Positions 29,518-39,119 are shown, counted from the whole stretch's first letter. The stretch is 59,393 bases of DNA, filler included, from 3 parts of 3 records of this genome joined end to end with filler, not necessarily neighbours in it, one strand, 5' to 3'. Made by a program: numbers and translations. Notes: generated by a model from the letters alone, not told the origin.

Positions 29518-29609
29518 AAAACCGAGTGTTCACTCAGTTTTTCGATTTATACTTTCCAATTGACTAGAATGTCAAAAAAAACACCAAAACTGAGCGTACA
29601 CTCAGTTTT
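29518..29609 (-). promoter_or_regulatory. Two palindromic operators flanking a sigma70 promoter (TetR autoregulation)
   Basis: AAAACCGAGTGTTCACTCAGTTTT (29518-29541) and AAAACTGAGCGTACACTCAGTTTT (29586-29609); between them the minus strand reads TTGACA-18 bp-TATAAA. Confidence 0.75.
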
Positions 29610-30042
29610 GGTGTTAATCAACCTTAAATCATTGAACAAGTTCCGACGCATATTAAACCGGTTTTAAAAAAAATGAAAAAAAATACGAAAAAACGACTGA
29701 AATAGACATCTTCACGTTAAAATCGACACTTTTTTTGCGCATGCCCAGAGCCCTTACACACTCAATTACCATGGTAATACGCTGTCCAATTTGAATTTTA
29801 TTCATAATTTCCTGATAAAATAGCGTGTTAGTTCGTCAAAAACAAAAAATACTGGACTTTTTCATGCTATAAGAGCAAAGAAGACGCTGTGATTCGCTCG
29901 GGATGACTGGAGGGTCTGCCCGATGCGCTTCAGAGAGGAGGTTCTCAAGCCACACCACAAGGGGGTGCGTGTGGTGTATTCTGCATCGATTATTCAAATC
30001 GACAGCACATTTCGACACACATCAAACAAAGTGTGACAGCAT

Positions 30043-31365
30043 ATGGAAAATTTACAGAAAAAGTATGGCTTTTGGACTGCAACCGCCATGGTTGTCGGCA
30101 TTGTCATCGGCTCAGGTGTCTTCTTCAAAGCGGACGATGTTCTCAAGGCGTCCGGCGGAAGTCTCTCCACGGCTCTGCTCGCATGGCTTATCGGTGGTTC
30201 AATCATGGTTGTCACGGCTTACGTGTTTTCCAAGATCGCCACACGCATCGAACGAGTCAACGGCGTGGTCGACTACTTTGAACAGGCCTACGGCAGGAAA
30301 GCCGGATATATGGTCGCCTGGTTCATGACCTTTATATATTACCCGACTCTGGTGGCCGTCCTCGCATGGGTCTCAGCCAACTATACGGGCGCCCTGCTCG
30401 GCATGGACAATGTTGTCTGGCCTGTCTCATTCGTCTACCTGACCGGATTCTTTCTGCTCAACTATTTCTCTCCGGTCCTGGCAGGTAAATGGCAGGTTAC
30501 ATCCACGGTCGTAAAACTGATTCCTCTGGCTCTGGTCGCCGCAGTCGGCGGCATTGCCGGAATCTCCAGCGGCATGACTCTGGACAACTTTACCAACGCC
30601 GCGCAAACAGTAGCCGGCAGCGGCGGCGGACTGGCTGTGGCCACCCTGTCCACGGCCTTCGCATACGAAGGATGGATTATCGCTACTGTCATCAACGCAG
30701 AGCTCAAAGATGCCAAAAAAACCCTGCCGCGCGCGCTGGTTGTCGGTACTATTGCCGTCGTATGTATATACATGCTCTACTATCTCGGCATCTCCGGCGT
30801 CCTGACCAACGATCAAGTACTGGTCGCTGGTGATGATGCACCTGTTGAAGTCATTGCCCTGATTTTCAGTAAATTAAGCGGCACCATCCTGACCGTATTC
30901 GTCATCATCTCCTGCCTTGGAACATTGAACGGCCTCATCATGGGCTCTGCCCGCGGCATGTTCTCCATCGCTTCTCGCGACATGGGACCCAAGCCTGATT
31001 TCTTCAAAAGAATCAACCCCCAAACCAACAGCACTACCACCTCGGCCCTAATTGGTTACATCCTTTCCTGCCTGTGGTTGGTCGTCTGGTATGGCAACTT
31101 CATGGGATGGTGGGGCCAGTTCATGGATATCTCCGAACTGCCCATCGCATTCCTGTATGTGATATACATCTCCATTTATATCTGGGTGATGAAAACCTTC
31201 ACCGACCTTGGTGCATTCAGCCGCTTCCTTTGTCCACTTTTGGCAGGGTGTGGCTCTCTCTACATCATCTGGGGCGCAATCCAGAAAGACATGTTCATGC
31301 ACTTCCTGATTCTCTCCCTGCTCATTCTCGGCATCGGCTTTGCGTTGATGAAAAATAAGCGCTAA
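30043..31365 (+). CDS. APC-superfamily amino acid permease (LAT/SteT-like)
   Basis: VVGIVIGSGVFFKA TM1 motif, FAYEGW TM6 motif, ELKDAKKTLPRAL; about 12 TM helices. Confidence 0.92.
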   Translation: MENLQKKYGFWTATAMVVGIVIGSGVFFKADDVLKASGGSLSTALLAWLIGGSIMVVTAYVFSKIATRIERVNGVVDYFEQAYGRKAGYMVAWFMTFIYYPTLVAVLAWVSANYTGALLGMDNVVWPVSFVYLTGFFLLNYFSPVLAGKWQVTSTVVKLIPLALVAAVGGIAGISSGMTLDNFTNAAQTVAGSGGGLAVATLSTAFAYEGWIIATVINAELKDAKKTLPRALVVGTIAVVCIYMLYYLGISGVLTNDQVLVAGDDAPVEVIALIFSKLSGTILTVFVIISCLGTLNGLIMGSARGMFSIASRDMGPKPDFFKRINPQTNSTTTSALIGYILSCLWLVVWYGNFMGWWGQFMDISELPIAFLYVIYISIYIWVMKTFTDLGAFSRFLCPLLAGCGSLYIIWGAIQKDMFMHFLILSLLILGIGFALMKNKR

Positions 31366-31386
31366 TACCAAACGACCCATTACAGT

Positions 31387-31422
31387 AGGCCGCTTTTCCG
31401 GAATGTTCTGGAGAGGCGGCCT
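31387..31422 (+). terminator. Putative intrinsic terminator
   Basis: AGGCCGC...GCGGCCT hairpin with G-U-extended stem, followed by TCTTTG. Confidence 0.6.
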
Positions 31423-31537
31423 TCTTTGTTCCACGCCGTCCTTCTTCCAATAGGGAGTTGACTCAATGATCTTTCGATGATTGAGTAGAACGCGCTTAAC
31501 AAATGAACCACTACTCATATTTCATACAGGATATATC

Positions 31538-31834
31538 ATGCCCGAACTCTCCATTAAAGACATCGAAACAAAACTGCATTCCCTGCTTGGCGAATCTATT
31601 CCAGCCACCCCTGCAAACAACGTCAACGAAGCCCTGCGAGTTGCAGATGCCCTTGAAGAGAAAGGATATTCCTTTGCATTAAAGGACCTCTGCGCCAAAA
31701 GTCTGTGCGACACATCATGGCGGGCCAGCTTCACTCTGAACGGTCAGGACGTCACGGCTGAAAACCCAGAAGCAGCCGTTGCCATCTGCGTGGCTGCCCT
31801 TGCCGCACTGGAAAACGAAACGCCTGAGGCCTGA
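31538..31834 (+). CDS. Hypothetical protein (98 aa)
   Basis: AGGA RBS; natural protein-like composition; co-oriented with the downstream activator gene. Confidence 0.65.
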   Translation: MPELSIKDIETKLHSLLGESIPATPANNVNEALRVADALEEKGYSFALKDLCAKSLCDTSWRASFTLNGQDVTAENPEAAVAICVAALAALENETPEA

Positions 31835-31861
31835 TCGAGTATTCCCAACCAGGAGTTCACC

Positions 31862-33241
31862 GTGAGCCATACCGCCCCATCTTCCGCGCAATACCAGGCA
31901 ATCCTGGAAAGCATCTCGGACGGCGTATTCACCGTGGATCAATCCTGGCGTATTCTCTCGTTTAACCGTGCCGCCGAAGAAATCACGGGGATTCCCCGTG
32001 AGGAGGCCATAGGCAGACGGTGTTCCGAAGTCTTTCGTTCCACCATGTGCGGAGATCAATGCTGCCTTCGTGAAACGCAACGAACCGGCAAGCCCCTGAT
32101 CGGGCGCACTGGTTATATCATCGATGCCGATGGAAACCGCATTCCGATCAGTCTGTCCACAGCGGTTTTACGAGACGCTGACGGCACGGTCATCGGCGGG
32201 GCCGAAACATTCCGCGACCTGAGTGAAGTTGAAGCTCTGCGAGATGAACTAGAAGGCCGTTTTCGCGTCGGAGATCTGGTCAGCCGCAGCCCACTCATGC
32301 AACGAGTCTTTTCTTCACTCGATCCTATCGCAGCCAGTCCGAGCACCGTGCTCATTCTCGGTGAAACCGGAACAGGCAAGGAATTAATAGCACGGACAAT
32401 CCATGCCCTCAGTGACAGATGCGACGCCCCATTCGTGGCCTTAAATTGCGGCGCGCTGCCTGAGACTCTGCTTGAATCCGAGTTGTTCGGCTACAAGGCG
32501 GGAGCTTTTACAGGTGCTCGCCGCGACAAACCCGGACGGTTCGCCACGGCAGCAGGCGGCATCCTTTTCCTCGATGAAATAGGTACCATCAGTCCAGCCA
32601 TGCAGGTCAGACTGCTTCGAGTTCTACAGGAACAGACATTCGATCCGTTGGGCAGTGTCGTTCCGGAACATTCGGACGTGCGCATCATTGCAGCCACCAA
32701 CAGCGACCTCACCGACTTAGTCAAAAAGGGCGATTTTCGTGAAGATTTCTTCTACCGCATCAATGTTGCCCGTGTAGACCTCCCCCCCCTGCGCCTGCGA
32801 AAAGAAGATATTCCCTTGTTAGTCATGGATTTTATCCAACATTTCAACGCGCTTCAGAACAAACAGGTAGAGGGTCTCGCTTCTGAGACTCTTTCCCTTC
32901 TCATGGTCCATGACTGGCCCGGCAATGTGCGAGAACTCCGCAACACCATCGAACGAGCCTTTATTGTTTGCCACGAAGGATTGATCGAACCAGGACATCT
33001 TCCGGATGAATTCCTTCGCTCTAAAAGCACACATATTCCTATGACTACAGGTCTGGAAGCAGCTGTTCAGACAGTAGAAACACAGCTTATTCAAGACGCC
33101 GTCATACGTAACCACGGTAATCGACTGGCCGCGGCCAAAGAGCTTGGCATCCACAAAAGCACACTGTTTCGCAAGATCAACCAACTCGGCATAGACCTCC
33201 CTCACCGTGATGGACGTTCTCTGTCTTCTTCCAAAAAATAG
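31862..33241 (+). CDS. PAS-domain sigma54-dependent activator (OrpR-like architecture)
   Basis: PAS with Cys (RRCSEVF..MCGDQCCL), GETGTGKE, GAFTGA, FLDEIG, WPGNVREL, Fis HTH AAKELGIHKSTL. Confidence 0.93.
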   Translation: MSHTAPSSAQYQAILESISDGVFTVDQSWRILSFNRAAEEITGIPREEAIGRRCSEVFRSTMCGDQCCLRETQRTGKPLIGRTGYIIDADGNRIPISLSTAVLRDADGTVIGGAETFRDLSEVEALRDELEGRFRVGDLVSRSPLMQRVFSSLDPIAASPSTVLILGETGTGKELIARTIHALSDRCDAPFVALNCGALPETLLESELFGYKAGAFTGARRDKPGRFATAAGGILFLDEIGTISPAMQVRLLRVLQEQTFDPLGSVVPEHSDVRIIAATNSDLTDLVKKGDFREDFFYRINVARVDLPPLRLRKEDIPLLVMDFIQHFNALQNKQVEGLASETLSLLMVHDWPGNVRELRNTIERAFIVCHEGLIEPGHLPDEFLRSKSTHIPMTTGLEAAVQTVETQLIQDAVIRNHGNRLAAAKELGIHKSTLFRKINQLGIDLPHRDGRSLSSSKK

Positions 33242-33289
33242 TCGCATATCCGAGACTCTGGTTGTTTACGGAGTCTCTTAAACGAGACT
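33240..33289. promoter_or_regulatory. Two palindromic enhancer sites AGTCKC-N6-GAGACT
   Basis: AGTCGCATATCCGAGACT (33240-33257) and AGTCTCTTAAACGAGACT (33272-33289), 32 bp apart, upstream of a sigma54 promoter. Confidence 0.7.
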
Positions 33290-33373
33290 CTTTAACATTA
33301 CACGCCCCTCCGGTTTTCTCATATTCATTATTTAAAACAATGAGTTAGAAGTTCTTTTCCCATACAGAATTTC

Positions 33374-33389
33374 TGGCACGCTTGATGCT
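33374..33389 (+). promoter_or_regulatory. sigma54 (-24/-12) promoter
   Basis: TGGCACGCTTGATGCT, GG-N10-GC. Confidence 0.8.
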
Positions 33390-33417
33390 TTTATCCTGAC
33401 AAAGGAGCAAGGCAACC

Positions 33418-34017
33418 ATGAATGCGGCCTTCAGCGTATGGGAAGATCGGATAGCTCCGGTCTTCGACGTGACCACAGAATTGGTCATCGTCGCACAAAA
33501 TCCGGACAAGGCTGGAATCAAGCGAGTGCCAGTGCAGGATAACTCGCCATCCACCCTAATAAGCACTCTTCTCGGGAGGCATGTGTCCATTCTTGTGTGC
33601 GGTGCCATTTCGCGGCCACTGCACAATGCCGTCACAGCACGAAACATTGTCGTCCACCCCTTTATCAGAGGAGGACTGGCCAAGGTTATCAATGCGTGGC
33701 GGACCGGGGATCTCGAAGACGAACGTTTTCGCATGCCCGGTTGCGGACACAGACAAGGCCGTTGCCATGGAAATCAGGAAGCTCTTCCCGGTCAGCGGGG
33801 GACAGGTCGCATGAATCGTTTTGGAAGAAGACATGGCGCCCGTCCCATCACCTCCCTGAATCAGGATGGAAGCTCTCACAAAACCTCCGACACAGCATCA
33901 GGGCAGCAATCGTTCTGCCGTTGCCTACGATGCGGGCTGGTTATGCCCCATGTGCCGGGGGTGCCTTGCACCGAACACATATGCCCAAACTGCCATGTAC
34001 CAATGGTACGGGCGTAA
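33418..34017 (+). CDS. NifB/NifX (FeMo-co-binding-fold) family protein with C-terminal Cys-rich metal-binding tail
   Basis: RIAPVFD, LVCGAIS, MPGC; tail CRCLRCG..HVPGVPC...CPNC..PM. Confidence 0.8.
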   Translation: MNAAFSVWEDRIAPVFDVTTELVIVAQNPDKAGIKRVPVQDNSPSTLISTLLGRHVSILVCGAISRPLHNAVTARNIVVHPFIRGGLAKVINAWRTGDLEDERFRMPGCGHRQGRCHGNQEALPGQRGTGRMNRFGRRHGARPITSLNQDGSSHKTSDTASGQQSFCRCLRCGLVMPHVPGVPCTEHICPNCHVPMVRA

Positions 34018-34039
34018 CAACTGAAACAAGGAGGCAATC

Positions 34040-34408
34040 ATGCCAGGAAGAAATGGATCAGGACCAATGGGAATGGGTTCACGCACAGGCAGAGGTCTTG
34101 GGGCCTGTACCGGCGTTAACGCACCAAGAGTCGATCAGCAGTACAATCAAGGTTTCGGGCGTGGATTTGGCATGCGTAACGGCATGCGTAACGGCATGGG
34201 TGGTCAGGGATTCGGATTCCGTGGTGGCCGCGGCGGTCGTGGCGGATTCGGCTATGGACAAGGAATGAACCCCGGGTTCAATGCGCAATACGCAACCATG
34301 CCCCAGAACGACCCGCAAGCTTTGAAAGATCAAGCTGCATACCTTGAATCGGAGTTAAAAACGATTCAGGAACGCATTGCAGCTCTGGAAAACGATACAG
34401 AAAAATAA
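34040..34408 (+). CDS. DUF5320-family Gly/Arg-rich protein
   Basis: MPGRNGSGPMGMGSRTGRGLGAC, G/R/F-rich middle, C-terminal coiled coil LKDQAAYLESELKTIQERI. Confidence 0.85.
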   Translation: MPGRNGSGPMGMGSRTGRGLGACTGVNAPRVDQQYNQGFGRGFGMRNGMRNGMGGQGFGFRGGRGGRGGFGYGQGMNPGFNAQYATMPQNDPQALKDQAAYLESELKTIQERIAALENDTEK

Positions 34409-34515
34409 TCGTTTAACCACACATTCAGGCGGTCGCAGGGCATAATCCCGTGGCCGCCTTACACCAGGAAAAAGAAGGCGTCAGGCTTGAAAGGTCTTCG
34501 CCACAGGGAGTAACC

Positions 34516-34890
34516 ATGACGAAAATCGGCATCATCCGCTGTGAAAAAAACGAATCAAAATGTCCCCTGACAGGATGCATTACATGTCTCACTCAAGGGA
34601 AGCAGGCTTTTTCAGCCTATGACGCCACTGAACTCACCGGGGTATTCACCTGCCAATGTCCGGGAGATTCTGTAGAAAATATGGCAAAGATTCTCAAAGC
34701 CAAGGGAGCCGAAGCCATCCATGTCCCGACATGCTTGTTCGCCAGCAAAACAGAGGGGAAATGGGTCATGGAACAAGGAGGTTACTGCCCCGACATCGAC
34801 CAACTTGTAGCTCGCATCCACAAAGCTACAGGCCTTCCCTGCATCAAGGGCACTGCCCATCTTCCAGAAGGGTACACTCCGGTAATATGA
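34516..34890 (+). CDS. CGGC-domain protein
   Basis: KIGIIRC....CP..GC, FTCQCPG, AIH..TC, YCP, GTAH. Confidence 0.8.
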   Translation: MTKIGIIRCEKNESKCPLTGCITCLTQGKQAFSAYDATELTGVFTCQCPGDSVENMAKILKAKGAEAIHVPTCLFASKTEGKWVMEQGGYCPDIDQLVARIHKATGLPCIKGTAHLPEGYTPVI

Positions 34891-34924
34891 CGACCTTGCA
34901 TCACCATTAAACGAGGATAACTTC

Positions 34925-35422
34925 ATGCTCATGACTGATCTGTTGCCCGAACAACAATGGCTTGAACTGGAAAAAACCCTACATAATGACTGGGGCGTCA
35001 ATGCCTGTGCCTATGATGCGAACGGCATGACATTCACTGGCTTTAAAAATTTCGTCAATCCGCTCTGCGCTGAGATAAAATCACACCCCGAAGGCATTCA
35101 GGCCATCTGCTCTGTTGCCCATCAACACATGGCGAAACAAGCCAAATCCTCTGGAAAGACTGTCATTGAACAATGTGATGCCGGCATGCTCAAAATTTGT
35201 ACTCCTGTTTTCAGAAATGGAGAATTTATCGGCATAGTGGGCGGCTGCGGCAGAGTGCCGGACGACAAGGAAGTAGAGAACTTCACCATCCATAAGGCGA
35301 TCAACGTTCCACTGGACACTGTTGACAAATTATCCGAAGAAGTACCTGTAATCAGCATGAAAAAAGCTCAGGATATGGCAAACTTTTTAGAAAATTTTAT
35401 CGAACGAATCCCCTGCGCCTGA
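34925..35422 (+). CDS. Stand-alone PocR ligand-binding domain protein
   Basis: NPLC..IK...ICS, EQCDAGM.KICTPV..NGEFIG.VGGCG. Confidence 0.8.
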   Translation: MLMTDLLPEQQWLELEKTLHNDWGVNACAYDANGMTFTGFKNFVNPLCAEIKSHPEGIQAICSVAHQHMAKQAKSSGKTVIEQCDAGMLKICTPVFRNGEFIGIVGGCGRVPDDKEVENFTIHKAINVPLDTVDKLSEEVPVISMKKAQDMANFLENFIERIPCA

Positions 35423-35472
35423 TCTTGTCACGCGCTTTTGCACACGGAAAACACAACAAGGAGACTCTCCCG

Positions 35473-35895
35473 ATGGACACTGCACTCACCGAGGAACTGA
35501 CAGCGTTCCTCGAATCCTGGACCACCGACCCCAACAAGACCAAAGGTTGCTTTCAAAACTTCAAAGAACATCTGGAAGGGCTGGAAGGCGTGACCCTTGA
35601 TTTCGTAGCCCGTCCGGGCATCACCTATTCCCTGCGCGCGACACATGCCAATCAGAAAAAGCGCAGCCTGTTCGCCATGGTAGATATCATTGATGACGAC
35701 CCCGCAGACCGCTGGCTTTCGGTTTGCTTTTACAAGGAACTTGTCGATGATCCAGACGAAATCGGCGATGAAGTCCCGGAAGGGCTGATGGGTGAAGACG
35801 CCAAATGTTTCGACCTCTATGAGGGAGACGACGCTCAGGTTAGTTACATCAAAGATCGACTTTCCGCTGCCAGCCTCTCTGCTGCTGCGGAATAA
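35473..35895 (+). CDS. Conserved hypothetical acidic protein
   Basis: AAGGAG RBS; RPGITYSLR, DIIDDDP..RWLSVCFY, VPEGLMGEDAKCFD motifs recalled from Desulfovibrio-type hypotheticals (not verified). Confidence 0.75.
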   Translation: MDTALTEELTAFLESWTTDPNKTKGCFQNFKEHLEGLEGVTLDFVARPGITYSLRATHANQKKRSLFAMVDIIDDDPADRWLSVCFYKELVDDPDEIGDEVPEGLMGEDAKCFDLYEGDDAQVSYIKDRLSAASLSAAAE

Positions 35896-35912
35896 TCCCG
35901 CCATAAAAAACG

Positions 35913-35951
35913 GATGCGGCGCGAACCTGTATACAGGTTTCGCGCCGCATC
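35913..35951. terminator. Terminator hairpin between convergent genes
   Basis: GATGCGGCGCGAA...TTCGCGCCGCATC stem, preceded by A6 (U-tract on the minus strand). Confidence 0.8.
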
Positions 35952-35981
35952 GGCGTTATACGTATTATTCCGTTCAGAAAC

Positions 35982-36308
35982 CTATGCCGTGCGTGCCATA
36001 TGCTCGGTCAAAGCACGACATAATTGGTCAGCACAGGATGTCGGTTTCTTACCACAGGTAATGCCACTCAACTTTTCAATCACCTCTGAAACATCCATAC
36101 CTTTAAGCAATATGGACATGGCTTTGAGGTTTCCTTCGCACCCGCCTGTAAAACTCAAATGCACAAGTTTATGATCTTCGACGGCAAAGCGAATCATCTT
36201 GGCGCAAACGCCTTCTGGAACGTAGGTATTTGCATCGCCGGGAGCATTGCTTGCGTGGATGGGATCAAGAGGGGCCAAAGGGGTCAGTTCAATAAGAGTA
36301 TTTTCCAT
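35982..36308 (-). CDS. TIGR03905-family TSCPD-domain protein
   Basis: YVPEGVCAK.I, FTGGCEGNL, GITCGKKPTSCADQL; start placed at the ATG at 36308. Confidence 0.85.
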   Translation of the reverse strand: MENTLIELTPLAPLDPIHASNAPGDANTYVPEGVCAKMIRFAVEDHKLVHLSFTGGCEGNLKAMSILLKGMDVSEVIEKLSGITCGKKPTSCADQLCRALTEHMARTA

Positions 36309-36330
36309 AAGTCGGTCCAAGAGTGAATGA

Positions 36331-37194
36331 TTAATAAACTTTGCGCTTGGCGATCGCCCCGCCGACAACGCTGAATGTATTTTCGACCACAAAAATTGCA
36401 TTGGGGTCGACGTCAAATACCCGCTGCTCCAAACTTCGAAGCCGCAGATTGTCAGTAATAGAAAAAACCATGTCCACCTTTTCCCCCGAATAACCGCCTG
36501 CACCGGGGAAAACGGTCGCATGGTGCATACCGCGACCCGTGATAGCCTTAACAAGATCAGCCGAATGACGAGTGACGATGCGCACGGCCTTTCGTTGGTT
36601 GAACAAGGAAAGGACATACTCGGTCACCACAGAACTGATGAACAACATAACGAGAGAGGCAATAATTTTGTCCGGCGAATACCAACTCAAAGCAAATCCC
36701 ATGACCAACGTATTGATTATGAAATAAAAAACACCGAAACGTATGCCGAACTTCTGGTTGAGAATGACAGCAATAACGTCCAGCCCTCCCCCGCCACCAT
36801 ACGAGCGAAGAATAATGCCGCATCCAGCGCCCATAAGCGCACCTGAAGCTATCGCTGCATAAATTTCATTCTGTATTCCGAAGTCCATATGCACAACGAA
36901 TGTCAGCAATGAAACTACACCCATTGAAAACATATTGAGAAAGAAAAACCGTCTGCTCACGCCTTTCCACGCCACAAGGAACAAAGGAATGTTGAGCAAA
37001 AGATACCACCACGAAAGCGACAACCGTGGCTCCACCTTCTGCACCACCACGGCAAAGCCGTATAATGTACCAGGAATGAAATCATGATGAATAGCGACTC
37101 CGTTGTATCCAACAATGTAAAGAAAAGAGCCTGCTACGAGTAAAAGCACGTTCCACGCAAGGGAATCCGTAAGTAATCTCAAACGGTTAAACAT
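36331..37194 (-). CDS. YitT-family membrane protein
   Basis: LLNIPLF, GGGGLDVIA, GAGGYSG, DPNAIFVV; start at ATG 37194 with a GGAGAAGG RBS. Confidence 0.88.
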   Translation of the reverse strand: MFNRLRLLTDSLAWNVLLLVAGSFLYIVGYNGVAIHHDFIPGTLYGFAVVVQKVEPRLSLSWWYLLLNIPLFLVAWKGVSRRFFFLNMFSMGVVSLLTFVVHMDFGIQNEIYAAIASGALMGAGCGIILRSYGGGGGLDVIAVILNQKFGIRFGVFYFIINTLVMGFALSWYSPDKIIASLVMLFISSVVTEYVLSLFNQRKAVRIVTRHSADLVKAITGRGMHHATVFPGAGGYSGEKVDMVFSITDNLRLRSLEQRVFDVDPNAIFVVENTFSVVGGAIAKRKVY

Positions 37195-37555
37195 GATTTT
37201 TCCTTCTCCTGCCTCCGAATTTTCGGGGTCACCATATAGAGCAAATAGAAGACCTGCAAGAACAATTACAGCATGGACGGAAAGGAAAAAGCACGCTAAA
37301 ATTATTGGTGTAAAAAGAGAATAACTACCCACACAAAATATCTTTCATTCAAGGGCAAAAAGACAAAAAAATGCGCTCTTTTTGTCGTAAAATCGATAAT
37401 ATTTTTTCCCTTTAATAGGCATTCATTTGTGCTTTTTCGCACAGTCTGGAAAAGTGCGTGGTCTTTCTAAGGAGCATTTGATATGAGGGAGAACTCTGCG
37501 ACGGGCACAGGTTTATACTGTCGTAAGGACGTATGAGTAAAGCACCGGACACACC

Positions 37556-38920
37556 ATGGAAAAGACAGAACACTTCGGATTAAATTTCAAGACCTTCGCC
37601 AGACTCATCGACAATCTGCACGATGAAGTCATCATCTACGACAACAACTATCGCATGTTGTACGTCAACAAGGCGTGTGAACGACATTACGGATTCACAC
37701 AGGAAGAAATGGTAGGTCTGCCTTTTTGGGAAGTCATCCGCAAGCACGCGGCCTGGAACCGTCCCGCACTTCCAGCCGTTTATGAATATAAACGCCCTAT
37801 CAAGCAGGAACAAAAAACCTATCTCGGCCTCGATGTTCTGACCATTGCCAACCCTATCATGAATGAGGAAGGCGAAATTGAATACGTGGTGCTCAACGTC
37901 CGAGATAGCGTCCACAAAGGACAGATTCCCAGTCTGGACGAACTGGAAAACAGTTTGGAGATAGAAGAGGAGCCACACCCGGAAGACCTCATATACCATA
38001 GTACTGCGATGGAAAACGTGGTGCAATCAGCACGCAAGGTGGCAAGCCTCACGGCCCCTTGCCTCCTGCTCGGCGAATCAGGTTGTGGAAAAAGCCTGCT
38101 GGCAAAATTCATCCACGCCAACAGCACTCGGCAACATAAACCGTTCGTGGTCGTCAACTGTGCAGCCATCCCGGAACAATTATTCGAATCCGAACTATTC
38201 GGCCATGTAAAAGGCGCCTTTTCCGGTGCCACGAATGCCCGGGGAGGACTCTTTGCCAAAGCGTCCGGCGGCACACTCTTTCTTGATGAAATTTCAGAAC
38301 TCCCATTCCCCATGCAGGCAAAGTTACTCCATGCGGTTCAGGAAATGGAATACCGCCCGGTGGGAAGCTCCCAGACAGTCAAAGCTAATGTCCGCATCCT
38401 AGCTGCATCCAATCGCAATCTTGAACGCATGGCTGCTGCCGGAGCATTTCGCCAGGACCTCTTCTTTCGACTCAACGTCTTTGATATCACGATACCTCCG
38501 CTACGAGATCGAAGGGATGATATTGTTCCGCTTCTTTTCTACTTCCTCAACCACTATGGGAAAAAGCATAACGCCTCAAAACGGCTTTCCCCGGAGGCTC
38601 AATCCCTCCTCTGCCAACACTCCTGGCCGGGCAACATTCGAGAATTGGCACACCTCATGGAACGACTTGTCGTCACCACCGAAGGTGATGCCATCACCAT
38701 TGACCACCTGCCCACCACCCTCTATCAAACAGCACCATCGCTCGCAGAAGGCACAGGGCATAACACTCTTGATGCAGTTCTGGAATCCGTAGAAAAAAAG
38801 ATGATCCTCGACGCCCACGTCATGCATGGCAGTACCCGCAAAGTTGCTGCCGCACTGGGTATCAGTCAAAGCCGCGCCTCTCGCCTTATCCGTAAGCACA
38901 CAGAAAGCTCTGAGTCATAA
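37556..38920 (+). CDS. PAS-domain sigma54-interaction activator (TyrR/RocR-like HTH)
   Basis: PAS, GESGCGKS, ESELFG, GAFSGA, FLDEI, WPGNIREL, STRKVAAALGISQS. Confidence 0.92.
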   Translation: MEKTEHFGLNFKTFARLIDNLHDEVIIYDNNYRMLYVNKACERHYGFTQEEMVGLPFWEVIRKHAAWNRPALPAVYEYKRPIKQEQKTYLGLDVLTIANPIMNEEGEIEYVVLNVRDSVHKGQIPSLDELENSLEIEEEPHPEDLIYHSTAMENVVQSARKVASLTAPCLLLGESGCGKSLLAKFIHANSTRQHKPFVVVNCAAIPEQLFESELFGHVKGAFSGATNARGGLFAKASGGTLFLDEISELPFPMQAKLLHAVQEMEYRPVGSSQTVKANVRILAASNRNLERMAAAGAFRQDLFFRLNVFDITIPPLRDRRDDIVPLLFYFLNHYGKKHNASKRLSPEAQSLLCQHSWPGNIRELAHLMERLVVTTEGDAITIDHLPTTLYQTAPSLAEGTGHNTLDAVLESVEKKMILDAHVMHGSTRKVAAALGISQSRASRLIRKHTESSES

Positions 38921-39007
38921 AAGACTCAGCGAGTCTTTTATGACTCAACCTTGATTAAAACACTCGTGCTGTCATTTTTGACATATTTGTGAGTCGTTTT
39001 TGACTCA
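38911..39007. promoter_or_regulatory. Array of TGAGTC-N6-GACTCA palindromic enhancer sites
   Basis: TGAGTCATAAAAGACTCA (38911-38928), CGAGTCTTTTATGACTCA (38930-38947), weaker GTCATTTTTGAC core (38971-38982), TGAGTCGTTTTTGACTCA (38990-39007). Confidence 0.75.
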
Positions 39008-39103
39008 AACTCATGACCCAAGCTAATTGGACAATCAATCAGTCTATTTTTTCAAGTACCTGTAAAAACTGTACTTAAATTACTTTTTTGCTACTGATCA
39101 AGT

Positions 39104-39119
39104 TGGCATATCCATTGCT
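39104..39119 (+). promoter_or_regulatory. sigma54 (-24/-12) promoter
   Basis: TGGCATATCCATTGCT, GG-N10-GC, about 100 bp downstream of the palindromes. Confidence 0.8.

Noticed and set aside
33418-34017. NifB/NifX-like gene as evidence of nitrogen fixation
   Set aside because: No nifHDK or other nif genes are present; this fold is widespread in non-diazotrophic anaerobes
34169-34200. Tandem GGCATGCGTAAC repeat
   Set aside because: In-frame low-complexity GMRN repeat within the Gly/Arg-rich DUF5320 protein; ordinary for that family
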